64,000 bases of DNA from an uncultured Roseovarius sp. (GTDB lineage Bacteria > Pseudomonadota > Alphaproteobacteria > Rhodobacterales > Rhodobacteraceae): positions 404,367-468,366 of the forward strand of contig CANNCP010000002.1 of assembly GCA_947503145.1 (NCBI GenBank). The letters are read 5' to 3'. Positions within the stretch are counted from its first letter, which is position 1, and each line of letters begins with the position of its first letter. The notes below the pieces were generated by a model, which saw only the letters and a program-made list of their open reading frames with translations, was not told the origin of the DNA and made no database searches. The position numbers and the translations under genes are program-made. Shown here in pieces: positions 28,792-39,489 of the stretch.

Positions 28792-29478
28792 ATGACCTCT
28801 CCTCAGCTGTCCCTATCAAGTGCCACACTGTCACTTAGATCGAACGCGGGGCTGGTCGAGATACTTCATGGCATTTCGCTCGAAGTCCAGCGCGGTGAGA
28901 CCGTTGGCCTTGTCGGTCCCTCCGGTTCCGGAAAATCCTCGCTGCTGATGCTGATGGGCGGGCTGGAGCGGGCGACGGCCGGCACTGTCACGGCGCTGGG
29001 GCATGATCTGTCGAGCATGTCCGAAGACGCGCTGGCGCGGCTCAGGCGTGACCATTTCGGCATCATCTTTCAGTCCTTTCACCTGATCCCGACGATGACC
29101 GCTCTGGAAAACGTCGCGACCCCACTGGAACTGGCCGGGCGCGCCGACGCCTTTGATCGCGCGCGTACCGAACTGGCCGCTGTCGGCCTCGCCGGGCGCG
29201 CCGATCACTACCCCTCGCAGTTATCGGGTGGCGAGCAGCAGCGCGTGGCGCTGGCCCGCGCCGCAGCCCCGGAACCCGACATCATTCTGGCGGACGAGCC
29301 GACCGGCAATCTCGACAGCAGCACCGGGGAGGTGATCATTGATCTGCTTTTTGACCTGCGCGACCGGCATGGCACGACGCTGGTGCTGGTCACGCATGAC
29401 GCGGATCTGGCCACCCGCTGCGACCGGGTGATTGCGCTGCGCGACGGACGCATCGACGCCCAGGCAAGCGCGGCATGA
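28792..29478 (+). CDS. ABC transporter ATP-binding protein (YbbA/LolD-like)
   Basis: GPSGSGKS, LSGGEQQRV, LADEPTGNLD, VTHD; divergent from tesA. Confidence 0.9.
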   Translation: MTSPQLSLSSATLSLRSNAGLVEILHGISLEVQRGETVGLVGPSGSGKSSLLMLMGGLERATAGTVTALGHDLSSMSEDALARLRRDHFGIIFQSFHLIPTMTALENVATPLELAGRADAFDRARTELAAVGLAGRADHYPSQLSGGEQQRVALARAAAPEPDIILADEPTGNLDSSTGEVIIDLLFDLRDRHGTTLVLVTHDADLATRCDRVIALRDGRIDAQASAA

Positions 29479-31994
29479 GGCTCGTGCTCGCTGCGCGGCT
29501 GGCCCGGCGCGAATTGCGCGGCGGGTTAGCCGGGTTTCGCATCCTCCTGGCCTGTATCATCCTTGGTGTTGCTGCCATTGCCGCCGTTGGAACGGTGCGT
29601 GAGAGCATCAAGGCCGGGCTGGCGCGGGACGGCGCGGCCCTGCTGGGCGGTGATGCCGAGATCAAACTGACCTACCGTTTTGCCAGCGCGGCAGAGCGCG
29701 CGTGGATGGACCTTAACGCCGATAAAATCTCGGAAATTGTCGATTTCCGCTCGCTCGCGCTGGGGCCGGACGAGGCCCGCGCACTCACGCAGATCAAGGC
29801 CGTGGATGACGCCTATCCCCTGATCGGCAACGTCGGACTGGACCCGCAGATACCACTGGACACGGCATTGGCAGGCGCGGACGGCCTGCCCGGTGGGGTC
29901 ATGGCCCCGGCGCTGATCGCACAGTTGCGACTGGATATAGGTGAGACATTCCGCCTGGGTACACAGGATTTTCGCCTGATGGCCGCGCTGATGGACGAGC
30001 CGGACAATGCAACCGGCGGGTTTGGCCTTGGGCCGCGCACCATCGTGGCCACGCCCGCGCTGCAGACCTCCGGCCTGCTGGCCCCCGGCACGCTCTTTGA
30101 CGCGCGCTACCGGCTGGACCTGCCGCCGGGTGCGGACCTGTCCACCATCCAGGCCGACGCCGAAGCCGCCTTTGCCCAGAGCGGGCTGAGCTGGCGCGAC
30201 GCGCGCAACGGTGCGCCGGGCGTGGCCACGTTCGTGCGACGCCTCGGCGCGTTTCTGGTGCTGGTCGGCCTTAGCGGGCTGGCGGTGGGCGGTGTGGGCA
30301 TCTCGGCGGCGGTGCGGGCCTATCTGGCGCGCAAGACACCGGTGATCGCCACCCTGCGCACGCTGGGCGCAGAGCGTAGCGTGATCTTTGCCAGCTACCT
30401 GATGCAGATCAGTGCGCTCGCGGTACTGGGGATCGCGGCCGGGGTGTTACTGGGGACCGGGTTGCCGGTGCTGCTGTCATCGCTGCTCACCGCGCAGTTG
30501 CCGGTGCCGACGGTCTTTGCCTTCTACGCCGCCCCGATGATCGAGGCGGCGGTTTACGGCCTCTTTACCGCGCTTCTCTTTACGCTCTGGCCACTGGCGC
30601 AGGTTCTGGAAATCCGCGCTGCCAGCCTGTTTCGCGGAGATGACGCCCAAAGGCGCATAATTCCGCCTTGGCCGTTCGTGATCGTCACGGGCGTGCTGCT
30701 TGGCGGGCTTCTGAGCGCGGCGGTCTGGTTCTCGGGCAATCTGCGGCTGACGCTCTGGACGGCGGGCGGCATCCTCGGCGCGCTGATCGTGCTGGCGCTC
30801 TCGGCACAGGCGGTGCGCACGCTTGCCCGTGCATTGCGGCCGGCGGCGCGCGGCAGGCCACCGCTGCGTTGGGCGCTGGCGGCGATCGGCGGACCCGGCA
30901 CCACGGCCGGGCCGGTGGTGCTGTCGCTGGGGCTGGGGCTGTCGGTGCTGGCTGCCGTCGGGCAGATCGACGGCAATCTGCGCGGTGCGATCCAGGGCGA
31001 CCTGCCCGAACGCGCGCCGTCGTTCTTCTTTGTTGATCTGCAAAAGGACCAGATGGAAGGCTATCGCGCCCGGCTGGAGGGCGATCCGGGCGTCAGCCGG
31101 ATCGAGAGTGCGCCGATGCTGCGCGGCATCATCACCCGGATCAATGACCGCCCGGCCGCCGAAGTCGCGGGCGATCACTGGGTGCTGCGCGGCGACCGGG
31201 GCGTGACCTATTCCGCCACCCCGACCGAGGCCACACGCATCACCGCAGGGACGTGGTGGCCCGCCGATTACAGCGGCCCGCCGCAGATCAGCTTTGCCGC
31301 CGAAGAAGCCGCGGAGATGGGGCTGGCACTGGGTGACGCCATCACCGTGAACATCCTGGGCCGCGACATCACCGCCAGGGTAACAAGCCTGCGCGAAGTG
31401 GATTTCTCGACCGCCGGGATCGGTTTCATCATGTCGATGAACCCCAGCGCGCTGGAGGGCGCGCCGCATAGTTTCATCTCGACCGTCTATGCCGACGCGG
31501 CGGCAGAGGCGGCGATCCTGCGCGACATCGCATCGCGCTATCCCAACGTGACCGCAATCAGTGTGCGCGACGCCATCGACCGGGTGGCAGAACTGCTGGC
31601 GGGACTGGCGGCGGCCACATCCTGGGGCGCGTCGGCGACATTGCTGACAGGGTTTCTGGTGCTCATCGGGGCGGCAGCGGCGGATCAGGCGGCGCGGGTC
31701 CATGAGGCGGCAGTGCTCAAGGTGCTGGGCGCTACACGCGCACGCATCCTCTACAGCCTCGCGCTGCGCGCGGCGTTGCTGGGCGCAGCGGCGGGCAGCG
31801 TGGCCATCGGCGCGGGCATCCTGGGCGGCTGGGCCGTCAGCCACTATGTGATGGAGACCGGATACACGATCATCTGGCCATCGGCGCTGATCATCGTCGC
31901 GGGAGGCATCAGCGTGACGCTGCTGGCCGCACTCTGCTTTGCGCTGCGTCCGCTGGCCGCGCGGCCCGCACAGGTCTTGCGCGACCGCGAGTAG
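29475..31994 (+). CDS. FtsX-like ABC permease (YbbP-like)
   Basis: Two FtsX-type halves, RRELRGG, PSFFFVDLQ; ATGA overlap with the ATPase gene. Confidence 0.88.
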   Translation: MRLVLAARLARRELRGGLAGFRILLACIILGVAAIAAVGTVRESIKAGLARDGAALLGGDAEIKLTYRFASAAERAWMDLNADKISEIVDFRSLALGPDEARALTQIKAVDDAYPLIGNVGLDPQIPLDTALAGADGLPGGVMAPALIAQLRLDIGETFRLGTQDFRLMAALMDEPDNATGGFGLGPRTIVATPALQTSGLLAPGTLFDARYRLDLPPGADLSTIQADAEAAFAQSGLSWRDARNGAPGVATFVRRLGAFLVLVGLSGLAVGGVGISAAVRAYLARKTPVIATLRTLGAERSVIFASYLMQISALAVLGIAAGVLLGTGLPVLLSSLLTAQLPVPTVFAFYAAPMIEAAVYGLFTALLFTLWPLAQVLEIRAASLFRGDDAQRRIIPPWPFVIVTGVLLGGLLSAAVWFSGNLRLTLWTAGGILGALIVLALSAQAVRTLARALRPAARGRPPLRWALAAIGGPGTTAGPVVLSLGLGLSVLAAVGQIDGNLRGAIQGDLPERAPSFFFVDLQKDQMEGYRARLEGDPGVSRIESAPMLRGIITRINDRPAAEVAGDHWVLRGDRGVTYSATPTEATRITAGTWWPADYSGPPQISFAAEEAAEMGLALGDAITVNILGRDITARVTSLREVDFSTAGIGFIMSMNPSALEGAPHSFISTVYADAAAEAAILRDIASRYPNVTAISVRDAIDRVAELLAGLAAATSWGASATLLTGFLVLIGAAAADQAARVHEAAVLKVLGATRARILYSLALRAALLGAAAGSVAIGAGILGGWAVSHYVMETGYTIIWPSALIIVAGGISVTLLAALCFALRPLAARPAQVLRDRE

Positions 31995-32008
31995 GACAGC
32001 CATTGCAC

Positions 32009-32051
32009 GCGTTTCGCCTTTGTCCGATATCTCGGGTCAAAGGCGAAACGC
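32009..32051. terminator. Long hairpin between convergent genes (GCGTTTCGCCTT family)
   Basis: GCGTTTCGCCTTTG ... CAAAGGCGAAACGC, perfect 14-bp arms. Confidence 0.6.
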
Positions 32052-32067
32052 TTTGTTCTGCCGCTGC

Positions 32068-34917
32068 TTATTCTGCCGTTTCGATATAGTCCTCCAGCGG
32101 CGGACAGGTGCAGATCAGGAACCGGTCGCCATGGACATTGTCCACGCGATTGACCGGCGGCCAATACTTGTCCACGCGGAACGCGCCGGGAGGGAAACAG
32201 CCCTGCTCACGGGTGTAGGGGCGGTCCCAATCGGTGACCAGATCCTCCATCGTGTGCGGCGCGTGTTTCAGCGGGTTGTTCTGAGCGTCGATCCTGCCTT
32301 CTTCGATGTCGCGGATTTCCTGACGGATCGCCAGCATCGCGTTACAGAAGCGGTCCAGTTCGGCCTTGGTCTCGCTCTCGGTCGGCTCGACCATCAGCGT
32401 GCCGGGAACCGGGAAGCTCATCGTGGGGGCATGAAAACCACAATCGACCAGTCGCTTGGCGATGTCATCCACCGTCACGCCGGCGCTTTTCTCGAACGGG
32501 CGGGTGTCGAGGATGCACTCATGCGCGACATGCCCCGTCGGCCCCTTGTAGAGGACTTCATACGCCCCCTCCAGCCGCTTGGCGATGTAGTTGGCATTCA
32601 GGATCGCCACGCGGGTCGCCTGTGTCAGGCCCTCGCCGCCCATCATCAGGATATACGCCCATGAGATCGGCAGGATCGAGGGCGAGCCGAAGGGCGCGGC
32701 GCTGACGGGTCCCTCGGTGCCGCCGGTGCTGTGATGACCCGGCAGATGCCGCACCAGATGCGGCTTCACGCCGATCGGGCCCATGCCGGGACCACCGCCG
32801 CCATGCGGGATGCAGAACGTCTTGTGCAGATTGAGGTGGCTCACGTCGCCCCCCAGATCACCGGGCCGGCTAAGGCCCACCATCGCGTTCATGTTGGCAC
32901 CGTCGATATAGACCTGACCGCCGTGATCGTGGGTGATCTTGCAGACCTCCTTGACCGCCTCCTCGAACACGCCATGCGTGCTGGGATAGGTGATCATGCA
33001 GGCGGCCAGATTATCGGCATGCTTTTCGGCCTTGGCGCGGAAATCATCCACGTCGATATCGCCATTCGCCGCCGATTTGACGACCACGACCTTCCAGCCG
33101 ACCATCTGCGCGCTGGCCGGGTTGGTGCCATGCGCACTGACCGGGATAAGGCAGACATTGCGATGTTCTTCGCCGCATTCGCGGTGATAGGCGGCAATGG
33201 TCAGCAGGCCCGCATATTCACCTTGTGCGCCCGAATTGGGCTGCATCGAGATCGCCGCATAGCCGGTGATATCACATAGTTTCGCGCTCAGGTCGGCAAT
33301 CAGTTCGGAATAGCCTTCGGCCTGATCGGCAGGCACGAACGGATGCAGCCGCGAGAATTCGCGCCAGCTGACCGGCATCATCTCGGCGGCGGCATTCAGC
33401 TTCATCGTGCAACTGCCCAGCGGGATCATCGCGCGGTCCAGCGCCAGATCCCGGTCCGCAAGCCTGCGCATGTAGCGCATCATCTCGGTCTCGGCCCGGT
33501 TCATGTGGAAAATCGGATGGGTCAGATAATCGGAGGTGCGGTGCATGTCCTGGGGGATGCGATACTCGGGGGTGAAATCCTCGTCCTTTTCGGTGATCCC
33601 GAAGGCGCGCCAGACGGCCTCGATATTCTCCGGGCGGGTGCATTCGTCCAGGGTGATGCCGACGCGGGTCTCGCCCACGCGGCGCAGGTTGATCCCCTCG
33701 TCGACGGCAGATTTCATCACTGCCGCCTGCAGCGGGCCAACATCCACGGTGATCGTGTCAAAGAAGGATTTCGGATCGACCTTGAACCCGGCGACCTCCA
33801 GCCCATTGGCCAGACGCACGGTCTTGCGGTGGATGCGTTGTGCGATAGCCATGAGCCCCTTGGGACCGTGGAACACCGCGTACATCGACGCCATAACCGC
33901 CAGCAATGCCTGCGCGGTACACACGTTGCTGGTCGCCTTCTCGCGGCGGATATGCTGCTCGCGGGTCTGCAGCGCCAGCCGATAGGCACGATTGCCGTGG
34001 CTGTCGATGCTGACCCCGACAAGCCGACCCGGCATCGCGCGCTTGTAGGCGTCGCGGCAGGCCATATAGGCCGCGTGCGGGCCGCCATACCCCATCGGCA
34101 CGCCAAAGCGCTGGGTGTTGCCCACGGCGATATCGGCATCCATCGCGCCCGGCTCCTTGAGCAGGGTCAGAGCCATCGGATCGGCGCAGACGATGCCGAT
34201 CGCGCCATGCTCGTGCAGTTGCGCGATGTGATCGGTGAAATCGCGGACATGCCCGTAGGTGCCCGGATACTGGAAAATCGCGCCAAAGACTTTGCTGGCG
34301 TCCATCTTGTCAGGGTTGCCGACGATCACTTCGATCCCCAGCGGGGCGGCACGGGTCTGGATGACCGCGATATTCTGCGGGTGGCAGTCACGATCGACAA
34401 AGAAGGCGGTCTTCTTGGACTTGGCCACGCGCTGGCCCATAGTCATCGCCTCGGCGCAGGCGGTGCTTTCGTCCAGCAGCGACGCGTTGGCAATCTCTAG
34501 CCCGGTCAGATCGCTGACCATCGTCTGGAAGTTCAGCAGCGCCTCAAGCCGCCCCTGGCTGATCTCGGGCTGATAAGGGGTGTAGGCGGTGTACCATGCC
34601 GGGTTCTCGAACAGGTTACGCTGGATCGCGGGCGGCGTCACCGTGCCGTGATAGCCCTGCCCGATGAGCGAGGTCAGCACCTTGTTCTTGCTGGCTGTCA
34701 CCCGCATGTGATGCAACAGTTCGCGCTCGGACTTGGCCTTGCCGAAATCGAGCGGCTTTTCCTGACGGATGGATTTCGGCACCGTCTGATCAATCAGCGC
34801 ATCAAGGCTCTCCGCCCCCAGCACGTCCAGCATCGCCTCCATCTCTTCGGGCGAGGGTCCGATGTGGCGCCGGTTGGCAAAGTCATATGGCAGATAGTCG
34901 ATTGGTTCAAAAGCCAT
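32068..34917 (-). CDS. gcvP: Glycine dehydrogenase (decarboxylating), single-chain P protein
   Basis: [26 protein letters not shown] lysine in [16 protein letters not shown]. Confidence 0.97.
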   Translation of the reverse strand: MAFEPIDYLPYDFANRRHIGPSPEEMEAMLDVLGAESLDALIDQTVPKSIRQEKPLDFGKAKSERELLHHMRVTASKNKVLTSLIGQGYHGTVTPPAIQRNLFENPAWYTAYTPYQPEISQGRLEALLNFQTMVSDLTGLEIANASLLDESTACAEAMTMGQRVAKSKKTAFFVDRDCHPQNIAVIQTRAAPLGIEVIVGNPDKMDASKVFGAIFQYPGTYGHVRDFTDHIAQLHEHGAIGIVCADPMALTLLKEPGAMDADIAVGNTQRFGVPMGYGGPHAAYMACRDAYKRAMPGRLVGVSIDSHGNRAYRLALQTREQHIRREKATSNVCTAQALLAVMASMYAVFHGPKGLMAIAQRIHRKTVRLANGLEVAGFKVDPKSFFDTITVDVGPLQAAVMKSAVDEGINLRRVGETRVGITLDECTRPENIEAVWRAFGITEKDEDFTPEYRIPQDMHRTSDYLTHPIFHMNRAETEMMRYMRRLADRDLALDRAMIPLGSCTMKLNAAAEMMPVSWREFSRLHPFVPADQAEGYSELIADLSAKLCDITGYAAISMQPNSGAQGEYAGLLTIAAYHRECGEEHRNVCLIPVSAHGTNPASAQMVGWKVVVVKSAANGDIDVDDFRAKAEKHADNLAACMITYPSTHGVFEEAVKEVCKITHDHGGQVYIDGANMNAMVGLSRPGDLGGDVSHLNLHKTFCIPHGGGGPGMGPIGVKPHLVRHLPGHHSTGGTEGPVSAAPFGSPSILPISWAYILMMGGEGLTQATRVAILNANYIAKRLEGAYEVLYKGPTGHVAHECILDTRPFEKSAGVTVDDIAKRLVDCGFHAPTMSFPVPGTLMVEPTESETKAELDRFCNAMLAIRQEIRDIEEGRIDAQNNPLKHAPHTMEDLVTDWDRPYTREQGCFPPGAFRVDKYWPPVNRVDNVHGDRFLICTCPPLEDYIETAE

Positions 34918-35060
34918 GTCGGCCTCCCCTAAAGAAGGGCATGCGACCGCATCCGGCCCGCCCAGCCCTTTCACTGTTCCAAAAACGCTCTCGCGTGGCG
35001 CGCATGAAAATCCTTCCGGATTTACGCCAGGACCTATCCGAAAAGTCCTGGCGCGCGCTG

Positions 35061-35420
35061 TCAGCCGACGAATTTCTTGTAGGCCGCCTCGTCCATGTAA
35101 TCATCCATCTGGCTCGGATCGCTGGCCTTGATCTTGAACATCCAGCCGTCACCGGCGGCGTCGTCGTTCACCTTGCTCGGCTCGTCGGTCAGTATCTCGT
35201 TCACCTCGGTGATCTCGCCATCGATCGGCGCCAGAATATCGCTGGCCGCCTTGACGCTCTCGATCACCACAACCTCGTCGTCCTTGACCACCTGAATGCC
35301 CACTTCGGGCAGTTCGATAAAGACGATATCCCCCAGCTGCTCGGCGGCGTGTTCGGTGATGCCGACAACCACTACGTCATCCTCGACGCGCAGCCATTCG
35401 TGTTCTTCGGTGAATTTCAT
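35061..35420 (-). CDS. gcvH: Glycine cleavage H protein
   Basis: HEWLR, lipoyl motif ESVKAASD. Confidence 0.97.
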   Translation of the reverse strand: MKFTEEHEWLRVEDDVVVVGITEHAAEQLGDIVFIELPEVGIQVVKDDEVVVIESVKAASDILAPIDGEITEVNEILTDEPSKVNDDAAGDGWMFKIKASDPSQMDDYMDEAAYKKFVG

Positions 35421-35439
35421 GATCTTCCTTTCTGTGAAA

Positions 35440-36564
35440 TCAACGTTTTACATTGGCGGGGACAAACGGCATCGCCGTTATCGTGGCAGGCAGCCGCTTG
35501 CCGCGCACCTCCCCGTATATCGTCATTCCGTCCTCGGCAAAGCCGACGGTGACATAGCCCATCGACATCGGTCCGCCCAGCGTCGGGCCGAACGCGCCCG
35601 AGGTCACGTGACCGATTGAATCGCCCCCCTCTGCGCTGGCATACAGCTCGACGCCCTCGCGCATCGGCGCGCGGCCTTCGGGAAGCAGTCCGATGCGGCG
35701 ACGCGCCGGGCCGTCCTCAAGCTGTGCCAGAATGGTATCGGCGCCGGGAAACCCGCCTGCGCGCGTGCCGCCGGTGCGGCGCACCTTCTGGATCGCCCAG
35801 TTCAGTCCCGCCTCGACCGGCGTCGTGCCGCTGTCGATATCATGGCCATAGAGGCACAGGCCCGACTCCAGCCGCAGGCTGTCGCGCGCGCCAAGGCCAA
35901 TCGGCGCGACCGTATCCAGCGCCAGCAACGCCCGCGTCAGCGCCTCGGTCTGCGCGGCAGGAACGGAAATCTCGAAACCATCCTCGCCGGTATAGCCCGA
36001 GCGCGACAGCCACAGCTCGCCCCAGTCAGACGGCAGCACGGCGATATCCATGAATTTCATGTCCGCCACGCCCGGCACCAGCCCCGCCAGCGCGCTTTCT
36101 GCCTTGGGGCCTTGTAGCGCCAGCAGCCCGCGGTCGGTCACTTCCGTCACCTCGCAATCCGGCAGGCCCGCCTTCATGCGGGCGATATCGGCATCCTTGC
36201 AGGCCGCGTTGACCACAACGAACATGTGGTCGCCCCGGTTCGCGATCATCAGGTCATCCTCGATCCCGCCGGCCGCGTTGGTGAACATCGCATAGCGCTG
36301 GCGGCCTTCGGCCAGCCCCTGCGCATTGACCGGTGCCAGCGCCTCGAATGCGGCGGCGGCCGCTTCGTAGCCGCCGGACGCGCGGATGATGACCTGACCC
36401 ATGTGGCTGACGTCAAAAAGGCCCGCCTCGGCCCGGCAATGCAGATGTTCCTTCATCACGCCCAACGGATACTGCACGGGCATCTCGTAGCCCGCAAAGG
36501 GCACCATCTTGGCCCCCAGTTCCTTGTGCAATGCATTCAGCGGTGTCACGCGCAGATCGCTCAT
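35440..36564 (-). CDS. gcvT: Glycine cleavage T protein (aminomethyltransferase)
   Basis: FAGYEMPVQY, FDVSHMGQ, RSGYTGEDGFE, GARDSLRLE. Confidence 0.96.
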   Translation of the reverse strand: MSDLRVTPLNALHKELGAKMVPFAGYEMPVQYPLGVMKEHLHCRAEAGLFDVSHMGQVIIRASGGYEAAAAAFEALAPVNAQGLAEGRQRYAMFTNAAGGIEDDLMIANRGDHMFVVVNAACKDADIARMKAGLPDCEVTEVTDRGLLALQGPKAESALAGLVPGVADMKFMDIAVLPSDWGELWLSRSGYTGEDGFEISVPAAQTEALTRALLALDTVAPIGLGARDSLRLESGLCLYGHDIDSGTTPVEAGLNWAIQKVRRTGGTRAGGFPGADTILAQLEDGPARRRIGLLPEGRAPMREGVELYASAEGGDSIGHVTSGAFGPTLGGPMSMGYVTVGFAEDGMTIYGEVRGKRLPATITAMPFVPANVKR

Positions 36565-36662
36565 TTCGGCCTCTTTCTCTGGCGCCGACCGTTCACGATC
36601 ATAATGATCCGAATTGATGCGGCATCGTCAATAGTGCAGGCCCTGAATGGCTGCACGGCGAT

Positions 36663-36826
36663 GCCCCCTCTGTCCTCTCGCCTGAGATCGCTATCCCTTC
36701 GGCGTCTTGTGCGGATGGCACAAGATCTCTCCAGAGTCCTTATCCCTCGACCGGTCCTTGGTGCCTGAGAGTTTCCGGGGCGGTTGCTCCTTCGGCATCG
36801 GCCTTGCGCCGATTCTCCCGGTCGGG
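36663..36826 (-). ncRNA. Tandem glycine riboswitch
   Basis: Reverse complement has two aptamers: GGGAGA...GCCGAAGGAGCAA...AAACTCTCAGGCA and GGAGAGA...GCCGAAGGGA...CTCAGGC...GGACAGAGG, with a GGATAA linker, upstream of gcvT. Confidence 0.93.
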
Positions 36827-36896
36827 GTGGCGTACACCGTAGTATGCGGCTTGATACCGGGCAAGCAGGTTTTGGTGGCTCCTGGCGTCTGGCGCG

Positions 36897-37355
36897 TCAG
36901 GCTTTGGCACGCGCCACGCACCCTGCCGGAGCGAGGATATGCTCCAGCGCGATGTTGTCGCACACCAGCGCGTCCAGCGTGATCGTGTCGAGATGGGCAA
37001 AGAACGCCTCGGCAGCGGCACCGATGGCCTCGCGCAGACGGCAGGCCGAGGTCAACGGGCAGGTATTATCCACATCGGCAAAACATTCGGCCAACGGAAC
37101 TCCCGCCTCGATGTCCCGGAATACATCGCCGATCACGATCACCTCCGCCGGCTGGCCCAGCATGACGCCGCCATTGCGACCCCGCTGGGTCTCCAGATAT
37201 CCCAGTTGTGCCAACTGGTTGATAATCTGCGCCAAATGGCTCTCGGAGGTGTTGCAGCGCGCGGCTATTGCGGCCTTGGTCGTCAGGCGACCGGGCTGTA
37301 CCGCGCAGAACATCAGGACGCGCATGGCGATGTTGCTGCGCTTGGTGATTCGCAT
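36897..37355 (-). CDS. Rrf2-family regulator, Roseobacter RirA-like
   Basis: MRITKRSNIAMRVLMFC, RGRNGG; Cys at positions 17, 34, 91, 99 and 105 counting from the ATG at 37355. Confidence 0.85.
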   Translation of the reverse strand: MRITKRSNIAMRVLMFCAVQPGRLTTKAAIAARCNTSESHLAQIINQLAQLGYLETQRGRNGGVMLGQPAEVIVIGDVFRDIEAGVPLAECFADVDNTCPLTSACRLREAIGAAAEAFFAHLDTITLDALVCDNIALEHILAPAGCVARAKA

Positions 37356-37426
37356 CAGCGGGCCTCCTTTGGGATTCCGGCATGCTTGAATTCCGGCTAC
37401 TGTGCCTGCATTACGAAACCGCGCCA

Positions 37427-37440
37427 TTGACCCAGATCAA
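37427..37440. promoter_or_regulatory. FNR/FnrL-type box TTGAC-CCAG-ATCAA
   Basis: Matches TTGAY-N4-ATCAA; about 70 nt upstream of the Rrf2 start. Confidence 0.7.
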
Positions 37441-37456
37441 AAAGGACAAAACGCAA

Positions 37457-38029
37457 ATGACCGCGCATGACGCCTATTTCTTTGGTTACGGTAGCCTGGT
37501 GAACCGCGCCACGCATGGCTATGCGGACCCGCAGCCCGCCACACTGACAGGTTGGCGGCGCGTCTGGCGGCAGACCGACCTGCATGCGGTTGCCTACCTT
37601 ACCGTGACGCCCGATCCGGGCTGCGAGATCGACGGGCTGATTGCCGGTGTGCCCGGTGATGACTGGCAAGCACTTGACGCGCGCGAAGAGGCGTATGACC
37701 GCATCCATGCCGCGCAACAGGTCCGCCATGCGCTGCCGCACACGCCGCAGATCGCGCTCTATACGATCCCCGAGGGCAAACATGGGCGCCCGACAGACAC
37801 GCATCCGGTGCTGCTCAGCTATCTGGACGTGGTTGTGCAGGGGTATTTGCATGAATTCGGGCCGACCGGCGCCCAGCGGTTTTTCGACACCACCGATGGC
37901 TGGGACACACCGGTGCTGAATGATCGCGCCGCACCGATTTATCCGCGTCATTGCACGCTGAGCGCCAAAGAGCGCGCCTTTGTCGATGACGCGCTTGCCG
38001 CGCTATCGGCGCAGGTTAAAGATCTGTAG
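37457..38029 (+). CDS. Gamma-glutamylcyclotransferase (GGCT/ChaC-like) family
   Basis: YFFGYGSLVN, LTGWRRVW, LDAREEAY, SYLDVVVQG. Confidence 0.8.
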   Translation: MTAHDAYFFGYGSLVNRATHGYADPQPATLTGWRRVWRQTDLHAVAYLTVTPDPGCEIDGLIAGVPGDDWQALDAREEAYDRIHAAQQVRHALPHTPQIALYTIPEGKHGRPTDTHPVLLSYLDVVVQGYLHEFGPTGAQRFFDTTDGWDTPVLNDRAAPIYPRHCTLSAKERAFVDDALAALSAQVKDL

Positions 38030-39394
38030 CAGTCGCGCCTGTCGCTGAAACGGCCCGGTGTCGTCCAGCGGCACCCTTTGCGCCATCACCCGCCGCGCCA
38101 GCACGAAGGCCAGCAGGCCAAAGATCACGCCCCCCAGCGCCTGCCCGATCAGTACGCCCGGCGCACCAAAAAGCGCCGCGCACAGCATCACCAGCGGGAC
38201 CGTACCCAGCGTATGCCGCCACCAGTTCACCCAGGTGGAATAGAACGGGCGGCCGAGATTGTTGAACGCCGCATTCGACACGAAAAGCATACCGTTGAAG
38301 AAAAACAGCAGCGCCAGCGGCCCGCAGAAGAGATAGACCAGATCGCGTGTCAGGCCCGTCGCCGTGAACAAGTCCGCAATTGGTGCGCGCAGCACGAACA
38401 GCAGCACCGAAATCATGCCCACGACAAGCGCGGTAAAGACCAGCCCGGCATGGAACCCGCCGCGCACGCGGTCGTTGTTTCCGGCGCCGTAATTCTGTCC
38501 GATGATCGGCCCGACCGCGCCGGACATGGCAAAGATCACGCCGAAGGCCAGCGGCGTCAACCGCCCGACGATGGCCATGCCCGCCACCGCCAGCTCTCCG
38601 AACTCGGCCATGGCGCGGGTCACGTAGGCCTGCCCGATGGGGGTGGCCATCTGGGTCAGGATCGCGGGGGCCGCGATGGCCAGAACGGGCGGAAAGTCCC
38701 GCGCCAGCCCGCGCATGTTCGGTCGGGTGAGCCCGCTGTAATGTTTCAGGATCGGCAGCAGCGACGTGGCCGCGATGGCCACCCGTGCCGCGACCGAGGC
38801 CACCGCCGCGCCGGTCAGCTCCATATCGAGGCCAAAGATCAGGATCGGGTCCAGCACCGCATTCAGGGTGCCGCCATAGAGCGTGGCATACATCGCGCGG
38901 CGCGCATCGCCATGCGCGCGCAGGATCGCGCCCCCCACCATCCCGATGATCAGAAAGGGCAGGCTCGGCACGATGATCTGCAGGTAATGCACCGCCAGCG
39001 CCGCCGTCTCGTCGCTCGCGCCCATGAGCGCCACAAGCTCGGCCAGCCAGACCCAGACCACGCCCGCGAACAGCGTGCCGAAAACCACCCCGTAGATCAG
39101 CGCATTGGTCGCGCGGTCCTTGGCCAGCGCCCGATCGCCCGCCCCCAAGGCGCGCGCGACCAGCGCGCCCGCCGAGATTGCCATGCCGATGCCGAACGAT
39201 GTGGTGAAAAACAAGATTGCGCCGGCATAGCCCACCGCCGCTGCCAGCTCGGCCTTGCCCAGCATCGCGATAAAGATCATGTCGACGAAATCGACAAAAA
39301 AGATCGCCATCAGCCCGACGGAGGCGGTCAGCGACATCACGCTCACATGGCAAAACAGGTTGCCGCGAAGAAATTTCGCTTGGGTATCGGCCAC
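38003..39394 (-). CDS. MATE-family efflux transporter
   Basis: About 12 TM segments; DMIFIAMLG, ILRAHGDARR, NAVLDPILIFG, GPIIGQNYGA. Confidence 0.88.
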   Translation of the reverse strand: MADTQAKFLRGNLFCHVSVMSLTASVGLMAIFFVDFVDMIFIAMLGKAELAAAVGYAGAILFFTTSFGIGMAISAGALVARALGAGDRALAKDRATNALIYGVVFGTLFAGVVWVWLAELVALMGASDETAALAVHYLQIIVPSLPFLIIGMVGGAILRAHGDARRAMYATLYGGTLNAVLDPILIFGLDMELTGAAVASVAARVAIAATSLLPILKHYSGLTRPNMRGLARDFPPVLAIAAPAILTQMATPIGQAYVTRAMAEFGELAVAGMAIVGRLTPLAFGVIFAMSGAVGPIIGQNYGAGNNDRVRGGFHAGLVFTALVVGMISVLLFVLRAPIADLFTATGLTRDLVYLFCGPLALLFFFNGMLFVSNAAFNNLGRPFYSTWVNWWRHTLGTVPLVMLCAALFGAPGVLIGQALGGVIFGLLAFVLARRVMAQRVPLDDTGPFQRQARLLQIFNLRR

Positions 39395-39489
39395 GCGGGT
39401 GCCTCCAATGGACTGCGCGACAGATAATCAGATGTGCGCGAGCAGGCCAAGCCGCGATTGAAACAGGGCGCGCCCTGCGCCAGCGCACA

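Noticed and set aside
38003-38029. 27-nt convergent overlap of the GGCT and MATE genes
   Set aside because: Short tail-to-tail overlaps are common and need no special explanation.
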